In this document: positions 15,843 through 27,817 of the stretch, in pieces
Numbering within the stretch: the first letter of the stretch is position 1
Layout: every line of letters starts with the position of its first letter
DNA from: an uncultured Pseudomonadota bacterium
GTDB lineage: Bacteria; Myxococcota_A; Polyangia; Fen-1088
Direction of reading: 5' to 3'
DNA length: 64,000 bases
Assembly (NCBI GenBank): GCA_963725905.1
Contig: CAVSAG010000002.1
Location: 1,140,514-1,204,513 of the forward strand
Translations under genes and position numbers: made by a program
The notes under the pieces: generated by a model
Seen by the model: only the letters and a program-made list of their open reading frames with translations
What the model was told of the DNA's origin: nothing
Database searches by the model: none

Positions 15843-17597
15843 TCAGTGCGTGAGCTTCTGCGAGGAGCAGACGCCGTCGGTGCAGACGCCGGCGGTGCAG
15901 TTGGGCGCGGCCGCCGCGCAGGTGGCGGTCGGCGCGGCGGGGCAATCCCCCGCGAAGACTTGGATGGTGTCGAAGTCGGCCGTGCCGGACCCGAAGTTCT
16001 CGTCCTTGATGACGATGTCGCTGGCCCCGGCGTCCATGGTGAACGACTTGGTGTACCAGGCCCAGTTCCCGTCGGAGGTGACGGTGGTGACGACGTCATT
16101 GTTCGGGTAGCCCGTCGTGTAGCCCTGAAAGCCCATCAGCCAGTGTTCCGATCCGGTGAGGTTCCCCGCGGCGTCGGAGATCTGGATGCCGAGGAACGGG
16201 AAGGTGTCGCCGGTGCCGCGGATCCAGGCCGAGAGGCAGTAGGTCGCCCCGGCGTTCACCGCCGTGCCCGCGTTGGTGTAGACACGCCCGCCCTCGAAGC
16301 TTTCGGTTTCGCGCTGGAACGTGCCGCAGCCGGATGAATCGCTGGCGAGCGTGATCGGGGTGCTGTCGACGGCGTGCCAGGCGCCGGAGCCCGACTCCCA
16401 GGTCTCGGTGAACACCGTCGCCTCGCAGGAGGCGCCGCAGACGTTGCCGCAGGCGCCACAGTTGTTGACGTCGCCGCTGACGCTGTCCTCGCAGCCGTTG
16501 GCCGCGTTGCCGTCGCAGTTCCCGAACCCGCTCGTGCAGGTCGGCGAGCCGCAGACCCCGCCGGTGCAGACACCGGCCGCGTTGTCCAGGCTGCAGGCGG
16601 TGCCGTCCGGGGCGGCCGCGGTCGCGCAGCCGTTGACCGGATCGCAAACGCCGACGCTGCAGGGATCGCTGCTGCCGCAGGTCGGGGCCGTCCCGGTCGT
16701 GCAGACGCCGCCCTGGCAGGTCTCGTCACCGTTGCAGGAGTTGCCGTCCGAGCAGGAGGTGCCGTCGGGGAGCGCCATCAGGCCGCACGAGCCGGTGCTC
16801 GGATCGCACATGCCGGCGACGTGGCAGGCGTCGGGCGCGGCGCAGCTCGCGCCGCCGCCGGGGCAGGAGCAGACGTCGGGTTGCTGGAAGGTGACGTGCG
16901 CGTGGCAGTCGAACTCCTGCGGATCGCAGTCGCTGGTGTTGTAGTCGCAGTGCGGAGGCGTCGGCGTGGTCGGCTTCTTGTCGATCACCACCGCGACGGG
17001 GGGATTGTAGATGGTCGGGCAGTTGTCTTTCCAGTCGGGGACCCCGTCGCCGTCCTGGTCGGCGGCCGACTTCTCGACCCGGAACTTGATGGGGAGGATC
17101 TCGCCGCGGACGACGGGGGTGTAGTGCTTGATGTCCACCTTGAAGAGGTCGGAGACCTTGGCGACCACCGCCAGGTCGGCGGCGCCCAGCTCCTTGTCGT
17201 CCACCAGCACGCGGACGCGGTAGTGGTTGGCCGGGTCGAGCGACTTGGTGTTGTAACGGGCGATGTAGAACTCGCGCCAGGGGTGGCGGCGCACGTCGCG
17301 CTCGTCGCCGGTCAGCGTCGCGACGTTGCTGATCGTGTTGCCGCTGCCGTCGACCTGATCGATGCGGACGGTGGGCGACAACCCGGAATCGAACACGCCA
17401 CCGAAGTGCGACGGCGCGGTCAGGGCGATCGGCGGAAGGAAATAGAAGCCGAGCGTCAGTCCGGAGGTCGACTGCGATCGATTCACGACCAGCGGCTCGG
17501 CCGCGCTCTCCGTCGAGGTCGACGGGTTCATGCAGGCCGTTCCGACTACCATCCCGACCGCAACAGCGAGCAGGGAACGAGAAGAAACATTCTTCAT
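15843..17597 (-). CDS. Lipoprotein with thrombospondin type-3-like Ca-binding repeat, Cys-rich modules and a C-terminal CBM-like beta-sandwich
   Basis: ATG at 17597 has AAGGAG upstream, and the lipobox is VVGTAC. DQDGDGVPDWKDNCP is a TSP3 motif. Repeated ..DGTSCSDGNSCNGDETCQGGVC.. modules follow. C-terminus: ..FTETWESGSGAW..YCLSAWIRG..WAWYTKSF... Confidence 0.7.
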   Translation of the reverse strand: MKNVSSRSLLAVAVGMVVGTACMNPSTSTESAAEPLVVNRSQSTSGLTLGFYFLPPIALTAPSHFGGVFDSGLSPTVRIDQVDGSGNTISNVATLTGDERDVRRHPWREFYIARYNTKSLDPANHYRVRVLVDDKELGAADLAVVAKVSDLFKVDIKHYTPVVRGEILPIKFRVEKSAADQDGDGVPDWKDNCPTIYNPPVAVVIDKKPTTPTPPHCDYNTSDCDPQEFDCHAHVTFQQPDVCSCPGGGASCAAPDACHVAGMCDPSTGSCGLMALPDGTSCSDGNSCNGDETCQGGVCTTGTAPTCGSSDPCSVGVCDPVNGCATAAAPDGTACSLDNAAGVCTGGVCGSPTCTSGFGNCDGNAANGCEDSVSGDVNNCGACGNVCGASCEATVFTETWESGSGAWHAVDSTPITLASDSSGCGTFQRETESFEGGRVYTNAGTAVNAGATYCLSAWIRGTGDTFPFLGIQISDAAGNLTGSEHWLMGFQGYTTGYPNNDVVTTVTSDGNWAWYTKSFTMDAGASDIVIKDENFGSGTADFDTIQVFAGDCPAAPTATCAAAAPNCTAGVCTDGVCSSQKLTH

Positions 17598-17796
17598 GGG
17601 CCTTCTCCTTGCGAGTTCCACGGCTTCAACGACGTTGGGGATCATACGTCAGCCGTAGGAAAATCTACAAGCGAAACGTAATAAATCTTACGTCTTACTA
17701 ATGCATACAAGTTCCGACATGGACGCCCTAACAACGACAGTTCCCTGGCAGAGCTTGAGTGCCAGGCCAGAAGGCAGCGAGAATATTATGAATTCT

Positions 17797-18372
17797 CTAG
17801 CTTGCCGGACCGCGTCCAGGGTCGAGCTTCGCGAGCAGCTCCGTGATCGGCACCCCGGCGGTGTAACGTGCAGCGTTACGGGCGGTCGAAAATGTTCGGG
17901 TCCGCATGCGGTCGATGTAGAGCGTGCCGTTCAAATGATCGATCTCGTGCTGGAGGATCCGCGCGTACCAGCCGCTGGCGGCGATCCTCACCGGCGCGCC
18001 TTGATGATCGAGCGCCTCGACCTCGACCGTGCGCGCCCGCGCGACCACCGCGGCAAATCCTTCGACGCTGAGGCAGCCCTCGAAGAAGTCGACGCTCTCC
18101 TCGCCGAGCGCGAGCCGCGGGTTGGCGATGACGTGGAACGGAACCGGCCGGCGCTCGGTTGCCTCGATCTCCCCGACGTCCTCGATCACCGCGAGCTGCA
18201 GCGGCAGGCCGATCTGCGGCGCCGCCAGGCCGACGCCGGGCGCGTCGCGCATCGTCTCGCGCATCATCTCGATGAGCTGCTGGATCTCGGCGCTGGCGAT
18301 CTCGGCCGCGGTGAGCGGGCGGGCCGGCTCACGCAGGACGGGATCGCCGGCCTGGACGATCTTCAGGTTCAT
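17797..18372 (-). CDS. def: Peptide deformylase
   Basis: All three signature motifs are present: [23 protein letters not shown]. Confidence 0.95.
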   Translation of the reverse strand: MNLKIVQAGDPVLREPARPLTAAEIASAEIQQLIEMMRETMRDAPGVGLAAPQIGLPLQLAVIEDVGEIEATERRPVPFHVIANPRLALGEESVDFFEGCLSVEGFAAVVARARTVEVEALDHQGAPVRIAASGWYARILQHEIDHLNGTLYIDRMRTRTFSTARNAARYTAGVPITELLAKLDPGRGPAS

Positions 18373-18401
18373 CCGGGCAGTCTATCCGGATCGCGCTCCG
18401 G

Positions 18402-19835
18402 CTACTTGCTGCAGACCATCGAGAGCGAGGGGGCGAGCGAGCCGACCGCTGACGAATAGTTCGACGGCGGGGTGGTGACGTCGGCGGCGATGACACCGTC
18501 GGCGATGCGCGCGTTGATCGTCGAGGCCGGCGAGTTCGACCAGGTGTCGCCCATCGACGAGGCGCCGAAGCTGGTGTCGACGAAGATCGTCTTGCCGGTC
18601 AGGCTGTGCAGATAGGCGTAGGTCGCGGTCTTGCCGTTGTAGCTGGAGGCCGTCGTGCCGCTGGTAAAGAAACCGCCGCTAATGTTGGCGGCGCCGCTGG
18701 TCCAGGCCATGTCGTAGTTCACGCCGGACATCGCGCCCCAGAAGCTCTGGGTGACGTTGTCGGCGTTCCAGGTCGAGTGGTTGATCGCCACTACCGCGTT
18801 CGGCATGTTCGACTTGATCGCGCAGGTGATGTCGGCCGCCAGTTGGCCGAGCTCCGCGTAGGAGAGCGCCTCCACGGTCGTGCTTGCCGACCCGGGGTTC
18901 ATCCCCGAGGCGTTCGGGTAGTTGACCTGCGTGCTGTCCGTGTACTGGACGAAGTCGCCTTCGAGCAGCCAGACGAGCGGCTTGGTCGGCCAGGCGGCGT
19001 GCGCCTTCTGCGCGTAATAGGCGTAGGCGGCGATGAGCTGCGAACGGTACTTGCGGATCACGTAGGCGCCTCCCGACGCGAGGCTGGCGCCGCCGGTGGT
19101 GTTCTGGTCCGGGAACCCGTTGGCGTGTCCGAGATAGCCAATGAAGTAAGCGTAGAAGACGGGGATCAGGTTGGTGGCGGCGACGTTGTTGGTCAGCCAG
19201 GTGCACCCGCTGCAGCTCGTGATGTTGCCGCTTTGCTGGATCTCCGAGCCGACCCAGTTCGACATGAACTGCAGGTAGCTGTACGAGGCGAGCGAGCCGC
19301 CTGGGTTGTTGGTCCCCCAGGCGAACGCACAGCCGAACGGCTGCTCGTCGAGTGTCGTCGAGCCGCAGTTGCCGGTGGTGGTGGTCCCGCCGGTTCCGGT
19401 GGTGCCTGCCGATCCGCCTTGGCCGGTGGTTCCGCCGGTCGCCTTGGCACCGCCCGTGCCCGTCGTGCCGCCGGTGGGGGTCGTTCCCCCGGTTCCGGTG
19501 GTTCCGCCGGTCGCCTTGGCGCCGCCCGAGCCAGTCGCCCCACCGGTAGCCGGCGTCCCGCCCGAGCCGGTCGCCCCACCGGACGCAGTGATGTTGCCGC
19601 CGCTGCCGGTGGACCCGCCGCTTGCGGTCGCACCGCCGGTGCCGGTCGTTCCGCCGGAGGCGGGTGTGCCTCCTTCGCCGCTGGCGCCGCCGGTGGCCGA
19701 CCCGCCGCCGCTGCCGGGGTCGCCCATGGTGTCGTTGGTGGCGCAGCTGGGGGCGAGCCCGGCGGAGCCGAACAGGGCGAGTAAGAACCAGAAAGCTGCG
19801 GACGGAGAAATCCTAAGCGAACGAGCTGGGGGCAT
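18402..19835 (-). CDS. Lipoprotein with G/T/S/A linker and an unassigned, possibly glycoside-hydrolase-like catalytic domain
   Basis: ATG at 19835 and lipobox GLAPSC. The ~330-aa C-terminal domain is rich in aromatic/Asn/Ser residues, with blocks ..[12 protein letters not shown].., ..[13 protein letters not shown].., ..[11 protein letters not shown].., ..IFVDTSFG... These are loosely reminiscent of GH6 block order, but no family was recognised with confidence. Confidence 0.6.
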   Translation of the reverse strand: MPPARSLRISPSAAFWFLLALFGSAGLAPSCATNDTMGDPGSGGGSATGGASGEGGTPASGGTTGTGGATASGGSTGSGGNITASGGATGSGGTPATGGATGSGGAKATGGTTGTGGTTPTGGTTGTGGAKATGGTTGQGGSAGTTGTGGTTTTGNCGSTTLDEQPFGCAFAWGTNNPGGSLASYSYLQFMSNWVGSEIQQSGNITSCSGCTWLTNNVAATNLIPVFYAYFIGYLGHANGFPDQNTTGGASLASGGAYVIRKYRSQLIAAYAYYAQKAHAAWPTKPLVWLLEGDFVQYTDSTQVNYPNASGMNPGSASTTVEALSYAELGQLAADITCAIKSNMPNAVVAINHSTWNADNVTQSFWGAMSGVNYDMAWTSGAANISGGFFTSGTTASSYNGKTATYAYLHSLTGKTIFVDTSFGASSMGDTWSNSPASTINARIADGVIAADVTTPPSNYSSAVGSLAPSLSMVCSK

Positions 19836-19940
19836 CGTTACCTCACAGGTGTCGCTACAAATGTCGGAAGGCTCACGGTTCGATCCAAAAATCGCCGCCG
19901 TGCCTTGCACCTCGGCCGCCGGCAGCCTACACCTCCGCAC

Positions 19941-20930
19941 ATGAAGACGCGCACGCTTGGCAAGACGAGCAGCCTGAAGGTCTCCGCGCTCGGCCTCGGC
20001 TGCATGGGGATGAGCGACTTTTACGGGCCGGCCTCGGAGGACGAGGCGATCGCGACGATTCACGAAGCGCTCGATCGTGGCGTCACCTTCCTCGACACGG
20101 CCGACATCTACGGGCCGTTCACCAACGAGCGTCTCGTCGGGCGCGCGCTGCGCGGCCGGCGCGACGCTGTCGTGCTGGCGACCAAGTTCGGCAACGTCCG
20201 CAAGGAGGATGGGACGTTCGTCGGCATCGACGGGAGCCCCGCGTACGTGCGGCAGGCGTGCGACGCCTCGCTCAAGCGGCTCGGCGTCGATCACATCGAT
20301 CTCTACTACCAGCACCGCGTCGACCGGCAGACGCCGATCGAGGAGACGGTCGGCGCGATGGCCGAGCTGGTGCGCGCCGGCAAGGTGCGGCACCTGGGGC
20401 TGTCGGAGGCCTCGTCCGCGACGATCCGGCGCGCGCACGCCACGCACCCGATCACGGCGCTGCAGACCGAGTATTCGCTCTGGACGCGCGACGTGGAGGA
20501 CGAGATCCTGCCGACGGTGCGCGAGCTCGGCATCGGCTTCGTCCCCTACAGCCCGCTCGGACGTGGCTTTCTGACCGGGCGGTTCCGCACGGCGGCCGAC
20601 TTCGCCGAAGGGGACTTCCGGGCGTCGAATCCGCGCATGTCGTCGGAGAACCTGGCCAAGAACGTCGCGCTGGCGGATCGGGTGAAGGAGCTCGCCGCCG
20701 AGAAGCAGGTGACCGCCGGGCAGCTGGCGCTCGGCTGGGTGCTGGCGCAGGGGGACGACATCGTGCCGATCCCGGGGACGACCAAGCGGACCCACCTGGG
20801 CGAGAATCTGGCCTCCGTCGACGTCGCGCTCGACGGCGCCGATCTGGCGCGGCTTGCGGCGGCCTTCCCGAAGAACGTCGCGGCAGGCGAGCGTTACCCC
20901 GAGCGCGGCATGAAGAACGTCAACGTCTGA
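19941..20930 (+). CDS. Aldo/keto reductase
   Basis: ..[56 protein letters not shown].. are AKR family blocks. ATG at 19941. Confidence 0.9.
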   Translation: MKTRTLGKTSSLKVSALGLGCMGMSDFYGPASEDEAIATIHEALDRGVTFLDTADIYGPFTNERLVGRALRGRRDAVVLATKFGNVRKEDGTFVGIDGSPAYVRQACDASLKRLGVDHIDLYYQHRVDRQTPIEETVGAMAELVRAGKVRHLGLSEASSATIRRAHATHPITALQTEYSLWTRDVEDEILPTVRELGIGFVPYSPLGRGFLTGRFRTAADFAEGDFRASNPRMSSENLAKNVALADRVKELAAEKQVTAGQLALGWVLAQGDDIVPIPGTTKRTHLGENLASVDVALDGADLARLAAAFPKNVAAGERYPERGMKNVNV

Positions 20931-20949
20931 CCACCTGCGAGGAGACACG

Positions 20950-21768
20950 ATGGCGATTGCGACCGAGACGATCTCGAAGCCCGGGTTCTGCGGCTATCTC
21001 GCGCGCCCGGAGCGCGCCACGGGGCCGCTGCCCGGCATCCTGGTGATCCAGGAGGCCTGGGGCGTCGACGCGCACATCGAGGACGTCACCCGCCGGTTTG
21101 CCGCCGCAGGTTACCTGGCGCTGGCACCCGATCTGTTCGTCGGGGAGGACGGGAAGCGGCCCGCGCCGTTCGCGCGCGAGCGGATGGCCGAGTTGCTCGC
21201 GTTCATGAACGCGGCGCCACCGACCGTGTTCTCTGATCCCGCCGCCCGCGAGGCGGCGCTCGGCAAGCTGCCGGAGGCGGAGCGGGCGCGGGTCGGCGAG
21301 TCGCTCGGCGGCTTGACCACCGTGATGGCGCCGGCGCGGCGCGAGTCGTTGCTCGCCGTCGTGCAGGCGGCTGCGCGCTATCTTCGTGAGGAGCGGGCCG
21401 AGACGCGCGGGCAAAAGCTCGGCATCGTCGGGTTCTGCCTGGGGGGCGGGCTGTCGGCGCTGCTCGCCTGCCGCGATCCGGAGCTGGGCGCGTCGGTCGT
21501 CTTCTACGGCAACGCCCCAGCCAGCGAAGAGATCCCGAAGATTGGCTGTCCGGTGTTGATGTTCCACGGCGGCGCCGACCAGCGGATCGCCGTCCAGGTG
21601 CCGGCCTTCGCCGAGGCGATGAGCGCGGCCGGCAAGCGGTTCGAGCGGATCGTCTACGACGGGGTGGGGCACGCGTTCTTCAACGACGGCCGGCCCCCCT
21701 ACGACGTGACCGCCGCCCGCGACGCCATCGCGCGAACGCTGACATTCTTCAAAGACGCGCTCGCCTGA
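20950..21768 (+). CDS. Dienelactone hydrolase family protein
   Basis: ..PGILVIQEAWGVDAHI..AAAGYLALAPDLF.., the nucleophile elbow GIVGFCLGG, and ..PVLMFHGGADQ..GVGHAFFND... Confidence 0.9.
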   Translation: MAIATETISKPGFCGYLARPERATGPLPGILVIQEAWGVDAHIEDVTRRFAAAGYLALAPDLFVGEDGKRPAPFARERMAELLAFMNAAPPTVFSDPAAREAALGKLPEAERARVGESLGGLTTVMAPARRESLLAVVQAAARYLREERAETRGQKLGIVGFCLGGGLSALLACRDPELGASVVFYGNAPASEEIPKIGCPVLMFHGGADQRIAVQVPAFAEAMSAAGKRFERIVYDGVGHAFFNDGRPPYDVTAARDAIARTLTFFKDALA

Positions 21769-21783
21769 GAGCGCGCGCGTCGG

Positions 21784-23220
21784 TCAACCCGCGACGGCCA
21801 GCTTGGGCAGCGGCGCCTGCTTGGCCAGGAGCTGCACGAGCTCGGGCTTGCACGAGCCGCAGCCGGTGCCGGCCTTGGTGAGATCTCCGAGCGCCTCGAC
21901 GGTGCAGGCGCCGGCGGCGATCGCGTCGCACAGGCGCGACTCGCTGACCTTGTGGCAGGTGCAGATCAGGCGGTCGGCCGGCGCACCGCTGCCAAACTGG
22001 GCGCCCGGGCAGAGCGCCTCCAGCGGATCGGCGGGGAGGGTGTCGCCGCGGTCGTAGATCTGTACCAGGCTGGCGGCCGCCTCGGTGTTGCCGACGAACA
22101 GCGCGCCGACCAGCTTGCCGTCGCGCACGATCATCTTGCGGTAGGCGCCGCGTCGGGTCTCGACGACCTGGATGACCTCGTCGCTCTCCAGCTCCGGCTC
22201 GACGCGCCCCATCGAGGCGACGTCGACGCCGGCCACCTTGAGCCGGGTGTAGAGCTTCGAGCCGCGGTAGCGCGCCGCCGGGTTCGTGCCCGAGAGGATC
22301 TCCGCCAGCACCGCCGCCTGCTCCCAGGCCGGCGTCACGATGCCGTAGGTCTTGGCGGCGTGCTCGGCGCACTCGCCGATCGCGTAGACGCCAGGCGCCT
22401 CCGTGGCCAGCGCATCGTTGACGATGATCCCGCGGTTGATCGGGATGCCGGAGGCGCGGGCCACCTCGACGCGCGGGCGGACGCCGCAGGCGAGCACCAC
22501 CATGTCGGCGGCGAGGGTCTTGCCGTCGTCGAGCCGGACACCCTCGACGAGCAGCTCGCCCACGATCGCCTCGACGGTGCGCGCGGTTCGCACGAAGATT
22601 CCGCAGCGCTCGATCTCGCGCTCGAGCATCTCGCCCCCCAGCTCGTCCAGCTGGACGTTCATCAGCGTCTTGCTGGCGTGGATGACCGTCACGTGCAGGC
22701 CGCGATCGGCCAGCACCTTGGCCGCCTCCAGCCCGAGTAGCCCGCCGCCGAGGACGACGGCGCTGTCGCCGGAGCGTGCGTGGGCGCGCATGCGCGCGCA
22801 GTCATCCATCGTCCGGTAGACGAAGACACCCGGGCGCAGGTCGCCGTCCGGGGTGGTCATCCCTTCGAGCGGCGGCACCAGCGGCTGGCTGCCGGTGGCG
22901 ATCACTGCCGCGTCGTAGCGGTGGCGCGCGCCGTCGGCGGTCTCGATCTGCTTGGCCGCCGTGTCGAGTCGGGTGACGACGGCGCCGTCGTGCAGCCGAA
23001 CGCCGTGCGCCTCGTACCAGCCGCGCGGCTTGGTGACGATCGCCTCGGGCGCCGCCCCGGCCAGCACCTTGCTGAGAAGGATCCGATTGTAGGCGCCGCC
23101 TTTCTCTTCACCGAAGACCACCACCTCGAAACGATGGGTCGCCTTGCGCTCCACCAGCTCGTCGAGCAGGCGGCAGGTGGCCATCCCGTTGCCGACGATC
23201 GCCAGCGTCTTCGTGCGCAC
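21784..23220 (-). CDS. NAD(P)H-dependent electron-transfer subunit of assimilatory nitrate reductase (NirB-N-terminal-like flavoprotein with BFD-type [2Fe-2S] domain; no sirohaem domain)
   Basis: GTG at 23220. FAD/NAD Rossmann motifs are IVGNGMA and VLGGGLLGLE. ..GVYAIGECAEH.. is present. The C-terminus ..CTCHKVSE..C..GTGCGSC.. is a BFD-like motif. The gene starts 2 nt after the stop of the catalytic subunit. Confidence 0.85.
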   Translation of the reverse strand: MRTKTLAIVGNGMATCRLLDELVERKATHRFEVVVFGEEKGGAYNRILLSKVLAGAAPEAIVTKPRGWYEAHGVRLHDGAVVTRLDTAAKQIETADGARHRYDAAVIATGSQPLVPPLEGMTTPDGDLRPGVFVYRTMDDCARMRAHARSGDSAVVLGGGLLGLEAAKVLADRGLHVTVIHASKTLMNVQLDELGGEMLEREIERCGIFVRTARTVEAIVGELLVEGVRLDDGKTLAADMVVLACGVRPRVEVARASGIPINRGIIVNDALATEAPGVYAIGECAEHAAKTYGIVTPAWEQAAVLAEILSGTNPAARYRGSKLYTRLKVAGVDVASMGRVEPELESDEVIQVVETRRGAYRKMIVRDGKLVGALFVGNTEAAASLVQIYDRGDTLPADPLEALCPGAQFGSGAPADRLICTCHKVSESRLCDAIAAGACTVEALGDLTKAGTGCGSCKPELVQLLAKQAPLPKLAVAG

Positions 23221-23222
23221 GG

Positions 23223-25310
23223 CTAGACGGCTCCCGCGACGGCGGTGGCACGCACCGCGCAGACCTTGAACTCGGGCATCCTGCTGGTCGGATCGAGCGC
23301 CGGGATCGTGAGGGTGTTGGCGGCGCTCTTGCCGCCCCAGTGAAACGGCGCGAACAGCGTGTCGGGGCGGATGTCGGGGCTGACCGCGACCGAGAAGGTC
23401 ACGGCGCCACGTCGGCTCTCGACCAGCACCGCGCCCCCGTCGGCGACGCCGAGCTGCGCGGCGAGTCGCGGGTGGAGCTGCAGGCGGGGCGCGGGGCGAA
23501 TGTCGTTGAGCGCGCCCACCCGTCGGGTCTGGGCGCCCGAGTTGTAGTGCTCCTTGTAGCGGCCGGTGGTGAAGAAGAGCGGGTAGGCGGCGTCGGGCAG
23601 CTCGGCGGCGTCGCGGTGGCGCACGGCGTGGAAGCGCGCCTTGCCGTCGGGGAATGCGAACCGGTCGGCGAAGAGGCGCGGCGTGCCCGGATGCTCGGGG
23701 GCAGGGCAGGGCCAGAAGACGCCGTCCTCCGCGCGGATCCTGTCGTAGCTGATGCCGCTGTAGTCGGCGCGTCCGCCGGCCGACGCGCGGGCCAGCTCGG
23801 CGAAGACCTCCTCGGGCGAGCCGAACCGAAAGCGCGCCCCCTCGCCGAGACGCTCGGCGAGCGCGGCGATGATCTCGAGGTCGCTCCAGACGCCGGGCGG
23901 CGGCGGGCGGACGCGGCGCCGGAGGATCACGCGCCCCTCGAGGTTGGTCATCGTGCCGTCCTCCTCCGCCCACTGCGCGATCGGCAGGAACACGTGCGCC
24001 GCGGCGGTGGTCTCGTTGAGGAAGGCGTCGCAGACGACCAGCAGATCGAGCGCGCCGAGCCGCTTGTCGACATGGCGCGCGTTCGGCGAGGCGACCGCGA
24101 GGTTCGAGCCGAACACCAGCAGCGCGCGGATGCCTCCCTCGGGGCCAAGCGCGTCGAGCAGCTCGTAGGCGCTCTTCCCCTTGCCGGGCAGCACCGCCGG
24201 GTCGACCCCCCAGACCCGGGCCACCGCCGCGCGATCCTCGGCGTTCTCGATCAGGCGGTAGCCGGGGAGCTGGTCGGCCTTTTGCCCGTGCTCGCGCCCG
24301 CCCTGTCCGTTCCCCTGGCCGGTGAGGCAGCCGTAGCCGCTGCGCGGCTTGCCGACCTTGCCGAGCGCCAGCATGAGGTTGGTGAAGGCGACGACCGTGT
24401 CGGTCCCCTTCGATTGCTGTTCGGGGCCGCGGCCGGAGAGCAGCATGGCGCTCTCCGCCTCGGCCAGCAGATGGACCGCGCGCCGCTGCTTGTCGATCGG
24501 CACGCCGGTCACGCGCTCGACGTGCGGCGGGTGGATCGCCAGCACCGCCTGGCGCGCGGCCTCGAATCCCACGGTGCGCGCCGCGATGTAGGCCTGGTCG
24601 ACGAGGCCGTCCTCGAGCGCCAGGTGCAGGAGGCCGTTGGCCAGCAGCAGATCGGTCCCCGGCGTCGGCTGCAGGTGCAGCTCGGCGACCCGCGCGGTCT
24701 CCGTCCGCCGCGGATCGACGACGATGAGCGCCCCTTGCGCCCGCTGCGCGGAGATCCACTGCATGAGCGGCGGCATCGTCTCGGCGACGTTCGAGCCCCA
24801 CAGGAGCAGAGCCTTCGTGTCGCCGATGTCGCTCACTGGAAAGGCCAAGCCGCGATCGATCCCGAACGCCCGGTTCTGACCCGCGGCCGCCGAGGCCATG
24901 CAGTAGCGGCCGTTGTAGTCGATGTTCGGCGTGCGCAGCGCGAGGCGCGCGAACTTTCCCAGCAGGTAAGCCTTCTCGTTGGTCAGCGCGCCGCTGCCGA
25001 ACGCCGCCAGCGCCTCGGGCCCGTGCGCGGCGCGGATCGCCGAGAGCCGCCCGGCGACGAGATCGAGCGCCGCCTCCCAGCTGGCCGGTGCGAGACGCCC
25101 GTCGGGGCCGCGGATGAGCGGCGTCGTCACCCGCTCGCGGTGATCCAGCAGCTCGGCCGAGGTGAACCCCTTGATGCACATCTGTCCGCGGTTGACCGGG
25201 AAGGCCTCGTCGGGTCGGACCTCCAGCGCCGGCGTCACGGTCATCCCGCACTGGAACGCGCAGTACGGACAGTGCGTTCGGACCGGGAGCTGGGGGAGTG
25301 AGGCGACCAT
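23223..25310 (-). CDS. Assimilatory nitrate reductase catalytic subunit (molybdopterin oxidoreductase, NasA/NasC type)
   Basis: The N-terminal 4Fe-4S motif is CPYCAFQCG..(27)..C. ..GSGALTNEKAYLLGKFAR.., ..LLLWGSNVAETMPP.. and a C-terminal molybdopterin dinucleotide-binding barrel are present. No signal peptide or TAT motif. Confidence 0.9.
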   Translation of the reverse strand: MVASLPQLPVRTHCPYCAFQCGMTVTPALEVRPDEAFPVNRGQMCIKGFTSAELLDHRERVTTPLIRGPDGRLAPASWEAALDLVAGRLSAIRAAHGPEALAAFGSGALTNEKAYLLGKFARLALRTPNIDYNGRYCMASAAAGQNRAFGIDRGLAFPVSDIGDTKALLLWGSNVAETMPPLMQWISAQRAQGALIVVDPRRTETARVAELHLQPTPGTDLLLANGLLHLALEDGLVDQAYIAARTVGFEAARQAVLAIHPPHVERVTGVPIDKQRRAVHLLAEAESAMLLSGRGPEQQSKGTDTVVAFTNLMLALGKVGKPRSGYGCLTGQGNGQGGREHGQKADQLPGYRLIENAEDRAAVARVWGVDPAVLPGKGKSAYELLDALGPEGGIRALLVFGSNLAVASPNARHVDKRLGALDLLVVCDAFLNETTAAAHVFLPIAQWAEEDGTMTNLEGRVILRRRVRPPPPGVWSDLEIIAALAERLGEGARFRFGSPEEVFAELARASAGGRADYSGISYDRIRAEDGVFWPCPAPEHPGTPRLFADRFAFPDGKARFHAVRHRDAAELPDAAYPLFFTTGRYKEHYNSGAQTRRVGALNDIRPAPRLQLHPRLAAQLGVADGGAVLVESRRGAVTFSVAVSPDIRPDTLFAPFHWGGKSAANTLTIPALDPTSRMPEFKVCAVRATAVAGAV

Positions 25311-25419
25311 CGAGGCGCCGCGAGGCGTCTCTCTTTCAATAGACGGTCTTACGTTTCGGGACTGTTTCGACGTTCCCCGACTTCAGTTAACCACCGTCGG
25401 AGAAATGTCGGGCGCGGAC

Positions 25420-27784
<2,365 letters not shown>

Positions 27785-27817
27785 GCCTCCAAATGTGAGG
27801 CCGATCGGGGGTCCGGC

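Noticed and set aside
17744-17766. Sigma-54-like TGGCAC on the minus strand, upstream of the 15843..17597 lipoprotein gene (CCTGGCACTCAAGCTCTGCC).
   Set aside because: The GC of the would-be -12 element is two nt too far from the GG (N7 instead of N5), and sigma-54 spacing is strict. The sequence is more simply a 7-bp hairpin (CCTGGCA/TGCCAGG) downstream of def, without a T-tract.
21784-25251. Giant fused ORFs in the track: 21784..25251 (1155 aa), 44253..47963 (1236 aa), 51098..53971 (957 aa), 18402..20948 (848 aa), 60957..62459 (500 aa), 7373..8497 (374 aa).
   Set aside because: Only the 3' part of each is homologous to a real protein. The 5' part is an out-of-frame read-through of the neighbouring same-strand gene or intergenic DNA. 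Internal starts with SD sequences, signal peptides and ATGA/GTGA overlaps give sensible genes, so I trimmed to those starts.
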